This document shows positions 1 through 20,189 of a stretch of 64,000 nt of DNA, piece after piece. Source of the DNA: Lama guanicoe (Eukaryota); NCBI GenBank assembly GCA_013239625.1, contig MU053758.1, positions 3,225,854-3,289,853 on the forward strand. Direction: 5' to 3'. Within the stretch, counting starts at the first letter, position 1; each line of letters opens with the position of its first letter. A model generated the notes under the pieces. That model made no database searches, had not been told where the DNA came from, and saw only the letters and a list, made by a program, of their open reading frames with translations. The position numbers were made by a program, and so were the translations under genes.

Positions 1-1760
1 GTCTGCTTGGGTTCTTCCTGTTTGGTACCCTCTGAGCCTCCTGTACTTGGATATCTGATTCCTTTAGGTTTGGGAAGTTTTCAGTCATGATTTCTTCAAA
101 TATCTTTTCAGTCCCCTTTGTTCTTTCTTCCCCTTCTGGAACCCCTATTATGCGGAGATTGGCACACTTTATCTTATCCCATAGGTCCCTTATATTTTCA
201 ATTTGCTCTTCTCTCAGCTGTTCTGATTGGGTGCTTTCTGTTGTCCTGTCTTCATGGTCACTTTTTCATTCCTCTGCATTGTCTAGCCTGCTTTGTACAG
301 CCTTTAGGTCAGCTCTCATCTCAGAAAATGGGTTTACTAATTCAGCTTGGTTCTTCTTTATAGCTTCTGTTTCATTTTTGACATATTTTATATCTCTAAA
401 CACTATTTCTTTTAGTTCCTTCAGTACTTTGACAAATCCTTTTTTGAAATCTTGATCTAGTAGGCCATCAATGTCTATTTCCTTGATCGTGCTTTCAGGG
501 GATTTCTCTTGATCTTTTAATTGGGAGTGGTTCCTCTGCTTCTTCATCTTGCTCATATCTCTCTGGTGCTGTGGCTTAAGGAGTATCAGTTATCTAGTTC
601 TCCTGGAGACGTGTGCTCTTAATGATTTTATCAGGAGGTCTTTGTGTCTTCACCCTGTTTCACATACTCAACTTGCTGTTTGCAGAGGCCCTCCGTTGGC
701 GCCCTTGTCTGTGCTGCTCCCAGTGGCTGTCAACTAGCAGATTGCACCCCCTCCCAACGCTGGGTCAGGTGCTGAGCTCTTACCCGGTGGGCGGGCAGGT
801 CACTCCCCGTCCAGATGCCGCAGTCAGCTGCTGGGCTCGGGTGAGGCAGGTGGGCTGATTGTGCCCCCTCCCAGCACCGTGGTCAGGTGTTGCATTCCTG
901 CCAGGTGGGTGGGGGGCCACCCACCCTCTCCCAGCGCTGGTTGCTCCAATCTCAGGGACCAGGGCAGAAAGATCCTATCTGCCTCGGGCTATAAACAAGT
1001 CTTAGTCCTGCCTAGGAGGTTGCGGAGCCCCCAGGTGTGGATTCAGGTCTCGGCCCCGCCCCTGGCCGGGCGCTGCGCATAGGAGGAGGTGGCGGCTGTG
1101 GCTGCGACCCGCCTCTCTTCTCATGAGAAGCACCAGCAATGGTGGTGTGGTCCGAGGAGACAAAGGCTATGGCGCCCCTCCCCCCAGGGCACACCAGCCA
1201 TGTTGCCTTGCTTTTTTTGCAATTTATGTGGGACTGAGGTTGTCCTGTTCCGTATCCCCTCTGAGCCACGGCGCGCAGCACCCTGTGGTCCCCTGGGGCT
1301 GCCTCAGTGCAGCCTCCCCAGTTGTCTGCCCGGCTCGGCCGCCTGCCCTGGCTCCAGCTGCCGGCTCGCATCTCGGGCTGGGTGTCGTGGGGACCCTTTG
1401 TGCCCGTTTAACTCAGTTCTGTCAGTCAAGGGGTATTCAGGGCAGGTCTGAGCCTCGGAGGCTCCCCCTCCGTCCTGCTGGCCTCTCCGTTGGAGAGGGG
1501 AGCCCCAGCGAACGAACGCCAGTCCTCCTTTGCTGCTCCTTCCCTGCGGGATCGGTCCCGCACTGTTTTGCTTTTTCTTCCTTCTTTTTTCCTTTTCTCC
1601 TACCAGATTTTTGGCATCTTTGTCTTTTGAAGAGGGCGATGTTCTGTCGGAGTTCGGCAGGTGCTCTGGATGGCTGAGTAGGTCTGTAGATGTGAGTTTT
1701 GGTGTATTTGTGGGAGAGGGTGAGCTACAAGCGTCCTTCTACTCTGCCATCTTGCTTCTC
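1..1760 (-). mobile_element. LINE-1 5' end: CpG-rich 5'UTR plus ORF1 N-terminal half, interrupted; runs off the window
   Basis: Starts with YY1-like AAGATGGCAG (about 1745-1754). ORF1 starts at 556 (MSKMKKQRNHSQLKDQEKSPE), has a TGA at 266-268, then continues in frame NLRIIGVPEGEE..IFEEIMTENFPNL, typical of L1 ORF1p. Confidence 0.92.
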
Positions 1761-2264
1761 TGGTTTTTTTATACTCTGCCACTTCTCTGTTTTTTTTTAT
1801 TTTAAATATCCTTCCCCATCCCTCAAATATATACTCTCTCTCTTTTTAAAAAAAATTTGAAGTCTTTGAAGGTTTACTTTCTTACGTTTATGTAATCTCT
1901 GTGGGGTTTATTTGGTGCATGATATGAGGTGGATATTTAACGCTCTCCCCACTCCCGCTCCTTGGTTAACTAATGACTCCAGCAGCCTTTATTGAATAAT
2001 CAACTTTCCCGCAACTGATTTGACAATAGTATTCTTATATATAGGTGTGTCTTTTTCTGAGCTGTTGATTTCTGTGTCAGTGACACATTGTTGTAGTTGT
2101 TGGAACCTTGTACTGTTTTCTTAAATCTTGTTCCCTGGAAACAGACTCCAAGATGGAGAAATGGGTACAGAGGTTTATCAAGGAGTTTCTCCTGGGAGAT
2201 ACACCTGTAAGGAAATGAGGGAGGTAGCACAGGGCAGAGGGAGAGGCCAACTACCATGCTGGGT

Positions 2265-2722
2265 TATTTTTTTTAATTAATTTTTTTAATTGAAGTATAC
2301 TTGATTTGCAATGTTGTGTTAATTTCTGGTGTACAGCATAGTGATTCAGTTATAAATATATATATTCTTTTTCATTATAGGCTATCACATGGTATTAAAT
2401 ATCATTCCCTGTGCTATACAGTAGGACATTTTTGTTCATCTGTTTTATATATAGTAGTGTATATCTGCAAATCCTGAATTCCCAATATATCCCTCCCCAC
2501 TCCCTTCCCCACCCCGGTAACCATAAGTTTGTTTTTGATGTCAGTGAATCTGTTTCTGTTTTGTAAATAAGTTCATTTGTGTCATTTTTAAAGATTCCAT
2601 ATATAAGTGATATCTGTGGTATTTTTCTTTCTGACTTACTTAGTATGGCGATCTCCTGGTCCATTCATGTTGCTGCAAAAGGCATTATTTTATTCTTTTT
2701 TATGGCAAGTAGTATTCCATTG
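2265..2722 (-). mobile_element. L1 3' end fragment
   Basis: T-rich tail and 3'UTR motifs (ctggtgtacagcatagtgattcagt; ccatgttgctgcaaatggcatt-like) shared with other copies in the window. Confidence 0.85.
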
Positions 2723-3041
2723 AATATGTTGTAAAGGGATAGGAATGATATGTGACATACGGCAACTGTGAAGTGTGTTAAACAGAAAATTTTATAAACT
2801 CTTGGAATACAACTCCCTTTTGAACCAAAAACTGCTTTGTTTTTAATGACAAATTGAGGTAGTCAGTAACCATTATGTCCTTGCTCATCTAAAAATAGGT
2901 GTGGAATTTTGAACTAGTGGCAGTTACCTAAAAAAACAGAAAGGAAGACTATGTGTATGTTGCAATGCATTATTTTTTACTTTAAAAACTTCACAGAACT
3001 ATTACCTATAAAAAAGAGATTGAGGAGTGTAGGCTTCTTTC

Positions 3042-3128
3042 TTGACTCATCAATTCTTCAATTACTGGGTAATATTTACTGTAATCTCTGGCTTGACCAA
3101 ATCTGTCCTTTTTGATTTTTGAATCAGC
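3042..3128 (-). pseudogene. Decayed type I keratin exon-1 3' end (KRT223P/KRT24-like remnant)
   Basis: Translates ADSKIKKDRFGQARDYSKYYPVIEELMSQ, matching the end of type I keratin exon 1 (..KIK..RDYSKYY..IEDL..Q). It is followed by GAAAGAAG where KRT25-27 have the donor GTAAGAAA. No LNDRLASYL upstream. Same strand as the cluster. Confidence 0.7.
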
Positions 3129-3434
3129 ACCTTGTTTATACTGTATTCTGGTAACTGAGGTTTCAGACGGTATGTTTTTCACCTGGGAAAAGCCCGCTGT
3201 TGTGGATGCCAACATTACCTCATGACACTGCCTTGTGTCAAGTGTGTTTATCACCATGGAAACCTGTGCTTATACCAGCACCTTTATCTCTAATCTGCAT
3301 CAAGTCATTTTTCAAAAGTTTGTTCTAATGATTCATCAGATTCAAGACATTTTTACCCCTTTAAATAAGATCATTTTCTCGTCTCATCTCTTCTGCTAGC
3401 CATGCTTACATTTCTGCATCACTGTTTTTCCCTC

Positions 3435-3582
3435 TTTTTTTTGGCTGGAGGGAGGTAATTAGGTTTATTTATTTACTTATTTAAATGGAGGTATTGCGGA
3501 TTGAACCCAGGCCCTTATGCATGCTAAGCACATGGTCTGCCACTGAGCTGTGCTCTCCCACTGAGCTATGCTCCCCACCCCC
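3435..3582 (-). mobile_element. tRNA-Ala-derived SINE (Vic-1-like)
   Basis: Reverse complement of AGCTCAGTGG...GCTTAGCATGC...GGTTCAATCC with AT-rich tail; the A-box region is duplicated. Confidence 0.85.
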
Positions 3583-5649
3583 GGCATTTCTCTGTCACTT
3601 TTGCAGGCTTCAACCCTGTCAGTGTACGTATTAGTGTTTAATAAAATAATTATTATTAATAATTATTAGAGTTGTGAGAGGCAGTCAGGAAATTTTACAG
3701 AGAAGGAAACTGAAGCCCAAGTGTTATGTTTTCTTTTATGTAATACAAGTCGTTGGTGTAAGAATCAGAGTTAGAACCTGGGTCTCTTGACTCTGTCCAA
3801 CACTCATTTCATTACATCAAAGTAGACGCAGTGGTGATACATTCTCCTCTTTGTCATCACCCTCACTGAGGGTGTCCCTGCTCACCCATTTCCTGAAAGG
3901 TGTCACACCTCAAGAGATGAAGTTTATCAGTGAAGAGCATCATGGATCTTCTAGTTTTTAGCATCCCTTACAAATGAAGTTCAGTGTTTCCTCCTTAAAT
4001 TTTGTCTCTTTGGAGCAATTTAGAAACTATCACTGGGTGGTTTATATTTTGTAATAATTTCTTTCTTTGGAAAGAGAGAACTTCTTGGGGTGTGTGTGTG
4101 TGTGTGTGAGTGTGTGAGACAGGCAGGTATGGTAAAGCAGGTTTTAAAATTAAAAATTTAATTCTTTTTAATGAGGAATATTTTCTTATCATTTACCCCA
4201 ATTTCAGCAACTTTGCTTTCAGATGCTCCATGTGAAACAAATTTGGTGAAAGTTATAATTAAGCAAAACTTCCCATGAAATCTACCAATTTTCCTATGAA
4301 TCTCTGACAATCACAATGGATTCATTAACCTAGAAGCATTCAGTCTTTGTTTTAGTGAATTCTTCTCTTTTAATTTTCTAAATTTTAGTTTTATAATTTA
4401 TTTTATTATTTTATTATTTTAAACTCTTCTTAATGAAGGGAATATAACTTCTGTTCAGTTGGCATTGATCAGTGGCATAAAATTAAACATTTTAGGTCCA
4501 TGTTGAATTAAATAAGTTTATATCTTTTAGTTTCTATGTCTGCCCACATGTTTTAAAAACATTTTACATAAAATCACTTTTTTGGGGGAAATAAATTTCC
4601 AGGGGTTAAATTTTTTGAAATCATTGTCGAATTCATAGAGTGGTACCTTGGATGGGAAGGACATTGGACTGGTGGTTTGGAGCCCTGAGTCCAAGTTCTG
4701 TACTGTCACTTAATTGCTTTGAGACCAAGGAAGTGACAAGTAACACCTCTGAGCCTGGATCTTGATCTGTAAATGGTCATCACACTTTTTATCTTTTACG
4801 GTTTGTGATGATCCAATTTTTGTGTATCTGTGTATTTAAATTCTAAGTGATCTATAAACATAAAATATAATCACTATTCAATTAATTGTTATGCTAGTGT
4901 TTGTTTTCTTGAGTTCAATCTCTAGGCTTTAGAAATAATCAATATTGAAGGTGGGGAGGTAAGGTGGAGTGAGTTTTACGTCTGGAGGATGAATTTTTAT
5001 GTCAGACTTAAGGAAGTACTCATTTGTATTTTCTTTCTTGTACTTCTAAGCCTAGAAACTTAATTGTAGCAATGGGTTGAAAAGTAGTATTTTCTGATCT
5101 GCTTGAAATAGATCTATCTGTATTGATTGAATCTCCCACTTTTGTTTTAATTACCTGGAAGTTGGTTTCAATGAATGTGAATTTTTCTTAAGCTTGCCTT
5201 GGTTCAGTTATTTTTCACATACAGACAAATCTATCCCTCCTACACAGTCAAAGCTTCCAAACAGGATGAAATCCCTCTGATCCTGAGTGGAGATTCAGGT
5301 ACACCCAGGGGTAACTTTTGATCTTCTGTTTTATGTAGAGGCTGAGGGGCCTTCTGTGAAAGATGTCAAGTCTTCTCTGTGATTGGGTTTCGGATCTATG
5401 CATGTACAGATGGGCAGGGACCTGGCAGATGCTGACTGTTGAGGAAGGGCTCTAAGAGAGAAGTCACTTTAAAGAAAGATGCACTTCATCATGAGCTACA
5501 CTTGACTGGAGCCTGGATGTCCAAGGGGGTGTGAGGGTCTTGAGTGTGGAGGGCTCATCCATCTGGGCAGTTCAAGGGTTAGAGCTGTAGGGGACGAGTG
5601 TGCTGCTGTGGAACTCTGTACTGTCTTAGGGCTCTGCCATGAGCTCCCT

Positions 5650-6210
5650 TGTAAAGTGAAGGGTTAACCCAGAAGGACTGGGATGCATAGACCCAGCACA
5701 CTCCAAAGAAAGGTCTGGTCCTACCCCAGCTCCTGAGAGATAACCTCTAAGCCTTGAAACATCCTGTCTCATAAATGTATCTTTGTGGATGCAGAAGGTT
5801 TATGCTAACGATGTGATTTATGGTGAGTCCTTGACCTACAGTGCATCAGTTTGACCTCTGAAGGGACTGGAGGTTGAGTAGGTTGAGCCACATGGGTGCT
5901 CCTTGCCTGCATGACCAACCCCCAGAAGAGGCCCCGGACCCCAAGGTTCGGGTGAGCTTCCCTTGCTGGCAATACTACATACATGTCACGCATCATTTCT
6001 GGGAGAAATAAGGCTGTTTGAATCATTACACTTTAAGAGGATGGCTGGGAGCATATGCCTGGGGTCTCCTATGCGCCATTTGCCTCTGCTGATTTTAGTC
6101 TATCCTTTCCCTGTAATAAACCATAACCGTGAGTCCAACAGCTTTTCCGAGTTCTGCGAGTCCTGCTGACGAACTATTGAACCCCGAGGATGGTCTCCAG
6201 GGCCACCAAC
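5650..6210 (+). mobile_element. Solo LTR, MER21/MER77-like (family by recall)
   Basis: TGT...ACA ends, AATAAA at about 6115, motif atgaccaaccccca...ggtgagcttccct. Confidence 0.6.
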
Positions 6211-7109
6211 ACACTTATGCAGAACAGAGCTCAGAGGAGAGAGGGAAGAGTGTTTCCTTTCTCACATTAAGATAACTTCCAAGTTGTTGTAGCATCATGA
6301 GACTTAAGAGTTTCAATGGCCCCAGTGCAGAGCATTAAATTATAGTGCAAAAGGCTAGTTGCCAGAGGTTCTGGATATAGTTTTATAGGTGGGGATTAAA
6401 GAATTAGGGAAATGAATGTATAAATGTTCAGAAGACTGCACTGATAGCTATATACTTTTAGTTACATGTCAAAGTTACTAAATCTTGTAGCTAATTTTAA
6501 AATTACAGCCATGTTCTCTCAATATTGTGTATAAATATCCCCCTTTTCACATCAAGCCGGGAAAAGGCCCTGATGAACCAAGGCAGTCACTTTCCTCTTC
6601 CCTCTCTGGATGGCTTTCCTGCCTCAGACACTAGTTCACACACGTTAACCTTCTTGCCAGGTTGTACCTCGCACCCGAGCAGGAACATCTTGGCTTTGCT
6701 GGGCGCCGTGTTGCTGCGGGCAGAAGCATCACAAAGAATAGGATCAGGAGCCGTGCCGTCTCTCTTCTCTTTGTAGATTTGCCATTTTGGCAACACATTC
6801 CCCGGAATGAGCTCACTTTTCTCCTGAATGCTTCTGTTTTAGTTGGCTGATTTATTCAGTTCATTGCCTGAGCCTTATCCTAAAGCGGGGAGAATTATCA
6901 TTCAGTTTTAAAAGGATTGATAGGATGAGCTCTCTCATTCTGAGCACCAGGGATGACTCTGAATCAACCTTTGGGATCTTAGTTCCCTTTGGGGGAATTT
7001 GGTATGGATTTGAGAACTTCTAAGCTCTCTGATGTCTGTAAAGTTCTCTGATTTCATGAACTGAATTTTTACATTTTAATTCCTTCATCATGTAGCTACA
7101 TTTACTTTT

Positions 7110-7580
7110 TTAGTTTAATTTTTTCTTCCAGTTTTATTGAGCTGTAATTGACATACAGCACTGTATAAGTTTAAAGTGTGCAGCATAATGATTTGACTTA
7201 CATACATCATGAAATAATTAGCATAATAAGTTTAGTGAACATCCATCATCTCATACAGATGCAGAATTTTTAAAATATATATATATTTTAAACACTATGT
7301 TTTTTTGTTTTTGTTTTTAGTTTTCTTTGGGGGGAGGTAATTAGGTTTATTTTTATTTAATTATTATTATTTATTCAATGGAGGTACTGGGGATTGAACC
7401 CAGGACCTCATGCTTGCTAAGCATGTGCTCTACCACTTGAGTTATATCCTTCCCTGAGATGAAGAATTTTAAAAATAGATTTTTTTTTTCTGATGAGAGT
7501 TCTTAGGTTTCACTGGCTTAACTTTCACATGTAACACAGAGCAGTGTTAATTATATTTATCATGTTGTACATTACTATCT
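7110..7580 (-). mobile_element. L1 3' end interrupted by a Vic-1-like SINE (about 7275-7457)
   Basis: The SINE is flanked by GATG(C/A)AGAATTTT direct repeats at about 7258 and 7458. Confidence 0.8.
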
Positions 7581-8975
7581 AGCTTTGTTAGGTAAAACCA
7601 AACAATTTTTCAATGTGATTGTGTTTATAAACCTGCAAGAATATTAGAATTTCTGTTGCTCCACTTCCTCTTCTACACTTGATGCTGTGAGACTTTTTGA
7701 TACTTGTTAAGTTGGAGAGTGGGAAATGGAAGCTCTTTGTAGTTTTAATTTACGTTTCCCTGATTACTGATGAGGTTGAATATTTTTGTATATTTACGGA
7801 ATGTATAAATTTCCTTTTCAGTGAGAAGCTTGTTCAAATTTTTATGTCATTTTTATAGTGCTGTCTTACTTTATCCTCATGTCTCTCAATCTTCTAATAT
7901 ATTTGTTCATGTGTGTAAACATTTTATATATATATCTACACTAATCCATTTCTGTGCTGAATTCTGGATAATTTCTTCAGAATACAATTTTCTCATATTC
8001 TTGTGCATTGTGTCTAATCTGAATCTAAATATGAGAGTTTATATTTCATTGTATTACACTATTTAGAAGTTGCCGTTTGTTTCTTTTTCAGATCTGCTTA
8101 GTCATTCTATTCAGATTTTTGGATTCTGCTCGTTTTCAAGGTTGTTTTTTATTTCTTTAAATATATTCATCCTATTTTTTATGTTCTCTGTTCTATAATT
8201 GTCTCTATTGGTTCTTGCTCATTGCACCTTGTTTCCCTGGGTTGATTTTTGATCACAGACAACTGATTTTCCTTAGAATTTTATTTATGTGAGACTCCTT
8301 TGAGGCCTGAGATGATGGTGGGTTTATCTACAGAAAGTTTGTATTTGCTTCCATTAGGGCACCTGGGAGGGTACCTAGTGGGTATAAGAATTCTTTTAAA
8401 CTGAATTCTCAGCTTAAAGTTATTTTGGAACAGCCAGATAATGGGAATTTTGGCTACAAAACTGCCTGAAGTTTGGTTTGTAATTATATATTCTTAAGGG
8501 TAATTTCCCCCTCTTCCCTAATGCCAAATGGGGAGACAGGAAACTTTCTTTGCAGTCCTGCCATGGGGTGAATTAATTTCTCGGTCATGCTTACACCGAA
8601 TGCATGGCCCTCTGTGGCTCACACCCACAAGGGAGGGTCTCTGTTGATACTTCCCTCCTTAGGCAAGTGTTCTGCTTTATCTCTTAACCGTCATACTCTG
8701 TGGGGTCATAACAACTGAAGTCTAAGTGCACAGCTTCAGCAAATGTCAGAGTATGGCAGATTGGGGATTTCAGTGGAAGTATTTTTATTCCTTTTGAATT
8801 TACCTCATTTTGAATTATTGAGAGAGCCTGATGAAAATCTAGGAAGAAATCTGTTAATTATTTTTTAAGGTTTTCATACAAATCAAGAGCTGTTAGGTGT
8901 TCATACATCTGTACCACAGTCATGAACACTTTAAAGATAAGACAATACTACCAGTGGTAACTTGCTAAAGGAAGG

Positions 8976-8981
8976 TTTATT
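8976..8981 (-). terminator. KRT25 polyadenylation signal
   Basis: AATAAA on the minus strand about 250 nt after the stop codon. Confidence 0.65.
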
Positions 8982-9229
8982 GACTACAAAGAATTGACAA
9001 CATCTTCTGTAGGCTAATTAAATGAGTCATCAAATTTGTGTGTAATGTTTTTCCAGATGAATGGGAAGATACCACTGTTGGTTACCTAGATAGAGATTAT
9101 ATTTCAGTTAACAGAAAGACAGCAAACAGGACAGACTTTCTTCTTAGACTCGCTCATTTTTCCGGACAGATACGTAATGCCTTCTCTTCTCGGAGAGTGT
9201 TTGGCACATACTCTCTCTCGTGTATCAGA

Positions 9230-16248
<7,019 letters not shown>

Positions 16249-16329
16249 GGTATCCGGGCGAGCGAGTCGCAGAGCTGTCTCTGAAAGCCGGGGTGGAGTG
16301 ACTTCCCATCCCCACTCTCCTGGTCCCCC

Positions 16330-16567
16330 TTTTATAGACAATTCTCAAGTGTGTTCCGGATGAAATTCTGCCTACATAGAGTAAAACACAGCTTGCCAGC
16401 CTCAGCAAGTTAGCATAATTGGATGATTTTTCCTAATTAGTAGCTAACTTTGCTGGGCTCTTTTCTGTAGGAGGGCAGTTGCCCTCAGGTTGGTGGTTAT
16501 CTGAGAAATGGGTCTGGGTGGAGCAATTTCAGCTTCCTTATTATATTTTTAAATTGAGGGTGAGTCA
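16330..16567 (-). promoter_or_regulatory. KRT25 proximal promoter (TATA, TAATTG, AP-2-like, GATA, AP-1)
   Basis: TATAAAA 16330-16336; CATAATTGGATGATTTT 16414-16430; TTATCT near 16497; TGAGTCA 16561-16567. Elements are shared with the paralogous promoters. Confidence 0.75.
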
Positions 16568-17299
16568 TCCCTTCCCTCGTTGGAAGATAAAACTCATCAG
16601 TCCACCACGCAAGAAAAATCTGGCGTCATGGTTTTGGGCTATTCTGCCAGGGCAGATTTTGATGTCTCTGAGAACTTTTTCTGCTTCTATTTTTACAGTT
16701 CTTTCCGCATCAATAGAGAACAGAGCTATAATCATCATTATTTCCCCAACTTGGATCTTCGATCCCCAACCTTCCCCGCCCCTCCCCCACTCTTGCCCCT
16801 GTTTCCGGTGGGAAGTTAAGTTCCATTTTGACTGACATGCATCATATTTTGTTGACACTTAACATATGTCTGGGGATAGTTGTCTTCTCATATCCATTTT
16901 GGTAATTAGGAACACACCCCTAATTGCTGTTGCGGGTTGTGGGAGTTTGGAAGGACATTAACTCATTCCCTGACCCTGCAAAATTTGAAGCAAACCTGGA
17001 AGGAAATATTTCATGTTTTTATTCACTGTAGTTTAGCTGAGGTGAAAGTCATCCATCAACTGTTTACTGGGTGTGGGTTCCTAGATGTTTATTGAAAACT
17101 CTAAATATTGGGGAAATTTTGGGGAAAATCTGGAAACTGGTTTACGGACGACATTTCCATGAATATTTATTACGTGAGGCTGTTGTGAACATATGGATTC
17201 ACCCATTCATTTTTTAACAAATATTTATTAAAAACCTACTATATGCCAGTCACTGTTATGACACTTGTGATAAGTAGAATTATAACATTATTTTACCTG

Positions 17300-17960
17300 T
17301 TATTACTGGCTTATTTCATTAACATAATGCTTTCAAAGCTCATCAATGCAGTAGCATGTATCAGAATTTCCTTTCTTTTTAAGGCTGAATAATGTTCCAC
17401 TGCATGTATATAACATATTTTGTTTATCCATTCATCAGTCAGTGGACTTGGGTCGCGTCCACTTTTTAGTTATTGTGAATAATGAGTATGGCTGTACAAA
17501 TATCTGTTCCGGTCCCCACTTACACCTTTTGTGAGAATATACCCCTAAGTAGAATTACTAGATCACATTATAGACGTTAATTCTATTTTTAATTGTTTGA
17601 AGAAATGTCATACTCTTCCCGTAGTGGCTGTACTATTTGACATTCCCATCCATAGAGCACAATTCTAATTTCTCCACATCATCACCAACATTTGTTATTT
17701 TCTTTTTTTTTTTTTGAGAGTAGCCATATCCGGTGGTATCTTATTATAGTTTTAATCTGCATTTCCCTAATTGTTAGTGATGTCAGGCATCTTTTCATGT
17801 GCTTGTTGGCCGTTTACTTATCTTCTCTGGGGGAAATGTCTAAGTCCTTTGCTCATTAAAAATATCATGCTGGTTTTTGTTTTTCATTGTTGTTAATTTG
17901 TAGGAGTTTGTTGTATATTCTGGATATATATAACCCAGATAATATTAACCCATTATCATC
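17300..17960 (-). mobile_element. Old L1M fragment
   Basis: ORF2-end and 3'UTR motifs (tgcatttccctaat, ccattcatc). Confidence 0.75.
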
Positions 17961-18480
17961 TTATTTTTAAATAAGTTGAATTTATCACTCTTTTCACTTT
18001 TGAATTGTGATTATTTTATAATAAGAAGTGATTATTTTATAAGAAGTGATTAACTCTCTGAGGTCATAAAACTTGTTTCCTAGAATATATTCTAAGCATT
18101 TAATCATTTTGCCTTTCACGTTTAAGACTTTGGGATTTTGGAGTAATTTTTGTGTGTTCTGTGATAGAGAATCAAAATTTCATTTTTTCCAATAGGGGTA
18201 ATAATTTCAGCACTTTTTACTGAATGGTGCCATCCTCTCCCAACAATGCAGTGCCATGTTGTCATAAAGCATAAGTTCAATGCCTCCATAAATCAGTAAA
18301 TCAAAGCCTGCAATAAATCTTCATGTAGATTGTTACTATTTTTCCGTCAGTCCTGGACCATATCATTTTGGTTACCATTGCTCCATAGTATAACCTGATA
18401 TCTGGTAAGACAAGTATACCATTTTGTTCTTCTTTGCCATCAGGTTAAATATTCTTTCTTTATTACTCCTTCATATAAAT

Positions 18481-19190
18481 TTTATTTTATTTTATTTTTA
18501 TTTTTAATTTTTCCCTTGTGTTGGCTTTTTATTATTTATGAAGACTGGTTGCCATTTATTCTTTTTTTTTGCTTTATAAAAAATTGAAGTATAGTCAGTT
18601 TACAATATTGTGTCAATTTCTGGTGTACAGCATAATATTTCAGTCATACATAGGCATACATATATTTGTTTTCATATTCTTTTTCATTGTAGCTTACTAC
18701 AAGATACTGAATATAGTTCCCTGTGCTATACAGAAGAAACTTGTTTATCTATTTTATAAATAGTACTTAGTATCTGCAAATCTTGAACTCCCAATTTATC
18801 CCTTCCCACCCACTTCCCCCTACTGGTAACCATAAATTTGTTTTCTTTGTCTATGAGTCAGTTTCTGTTTTGTTAATAAGTTCATTTGTGTCTTTTTTTG
18901 GTTTTTTAGATTCCACATGTAAGTGTTAACATATGGTATTTTTCTTTCTCTTTCTGGCTTACTTCATTTAGAATGACAATCTCTAGGTCCATCCATGTTG
19001 GGGCAAATGGCATTACTTTATTCTTTTTTATGGGTGAGTAGTATTCTATTGTATAAATATACCACACAACTTCTTTATCCATTCATCTGTTGATGGACAT
19101 TTAGGTTGTTTCCGTGTCTTGACTATTGCAAATAGTGCTGCTATGAACATTGGGGTGCATGTATCTTTTTGAATTAGAGTTCCTTCTGGG
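18481..19190 (-). mobile_element. 5'-truncated L1 with TSD
   Basis: TCATATAAA(T/C)TTT direct repeats at 18471 and 19191. Confidence 0.85.
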
Positions 19191-20189
19191 TCATATAAAC
19201 TTTAAAATCAGCTTCTCAAATGCAGTACTATCCTAAGATTTGCCTTAAATCTATAAAGCTATTTGAAGAAAATTGACATCTCTATGATATTGTGCATGTC
19301 TATCCAAAAAATTGAATATTCTTTCCATTTGTTTAGGTCTCCCTTAGTATCCTTCAGTGAAAAGTTACAGATTTCTCCATAATATGCTTTCACATCTTTT
19401 TTTAGAACTACTTCTAGATATTTATCTACTATTGTTGTTAAAGCTATTTTTTAGAAGTCACAATTTCTAGGTAAATTTTACTATGTAAAGACATGCAATT
19501 GATATTTGTATAGTGATTTTGATCAACTTTGTTATGCCATAGGGCTCTTTTTGCCTCTAGTTTTTATTTACTGATTTATTTCCAGCTTTATTTAGGTGCA
19601 ACTGACAAAATGATAATATACATATATGTTGTGAAATGATTTTCACAATCAAGGTAATGAAGGTGTTAATCCCCTCACATGGTTACCTTTTTCTTTTTCT
19701 TTTTCTTTTCAGTGAGAACGTGTACTATCGGCTCTCAGCAAATTTCAAGTATGCAATACAGTAGAATTCACTTTGGTCACTGTGCTACACACGAGAGCCT
19801 CGGAATTTATTCATTTTATAACTGCACGTATGTCCCCTTTTCTTAACCTGTCTTCGCCTCTCCACGCCCCAGCTCCTGGCAACCACCGTGCATGCAAACA
19901 TTCTTGAGGTAAACAAATCTAGGGCTATCTAAGCGTGTAGAGTAAGATGTTCAAGTCCTTCCTCACCTTCTCCACTCTTCTGTCCTCCCTGCTCTCTCAG
20001 GTGATTACAGTTTACCCTTCCAGATGTTTGCATCCTTTCAAATGAGTTTCTGTTTATTTGCATACATACATGGCATGTAAACATGAACATGCCATAGTTG
20101 AGTCATCTGTGTTATATGTGTTGCTCTGTAACGTGCTTTGTTTCCCTTACGCAATATGCCTTAGAGCTTGAACAGGTGTCTAATGTGGA

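Noticed and set aside
549..1805. Several 100-184 aa ORFs as novel genes
   Set aside because: They lie in the GC-rich L1 5'UTR, where stop codons are scarce, and show no protein features.
16249..16341. N-terminal extensions in the ORF track for KRT25, KRT27 and KRT28
   Set aside because: They start at non-ATG codons near or upstream of the transcription start; the MSLR/MSVR ATGs match known starts.
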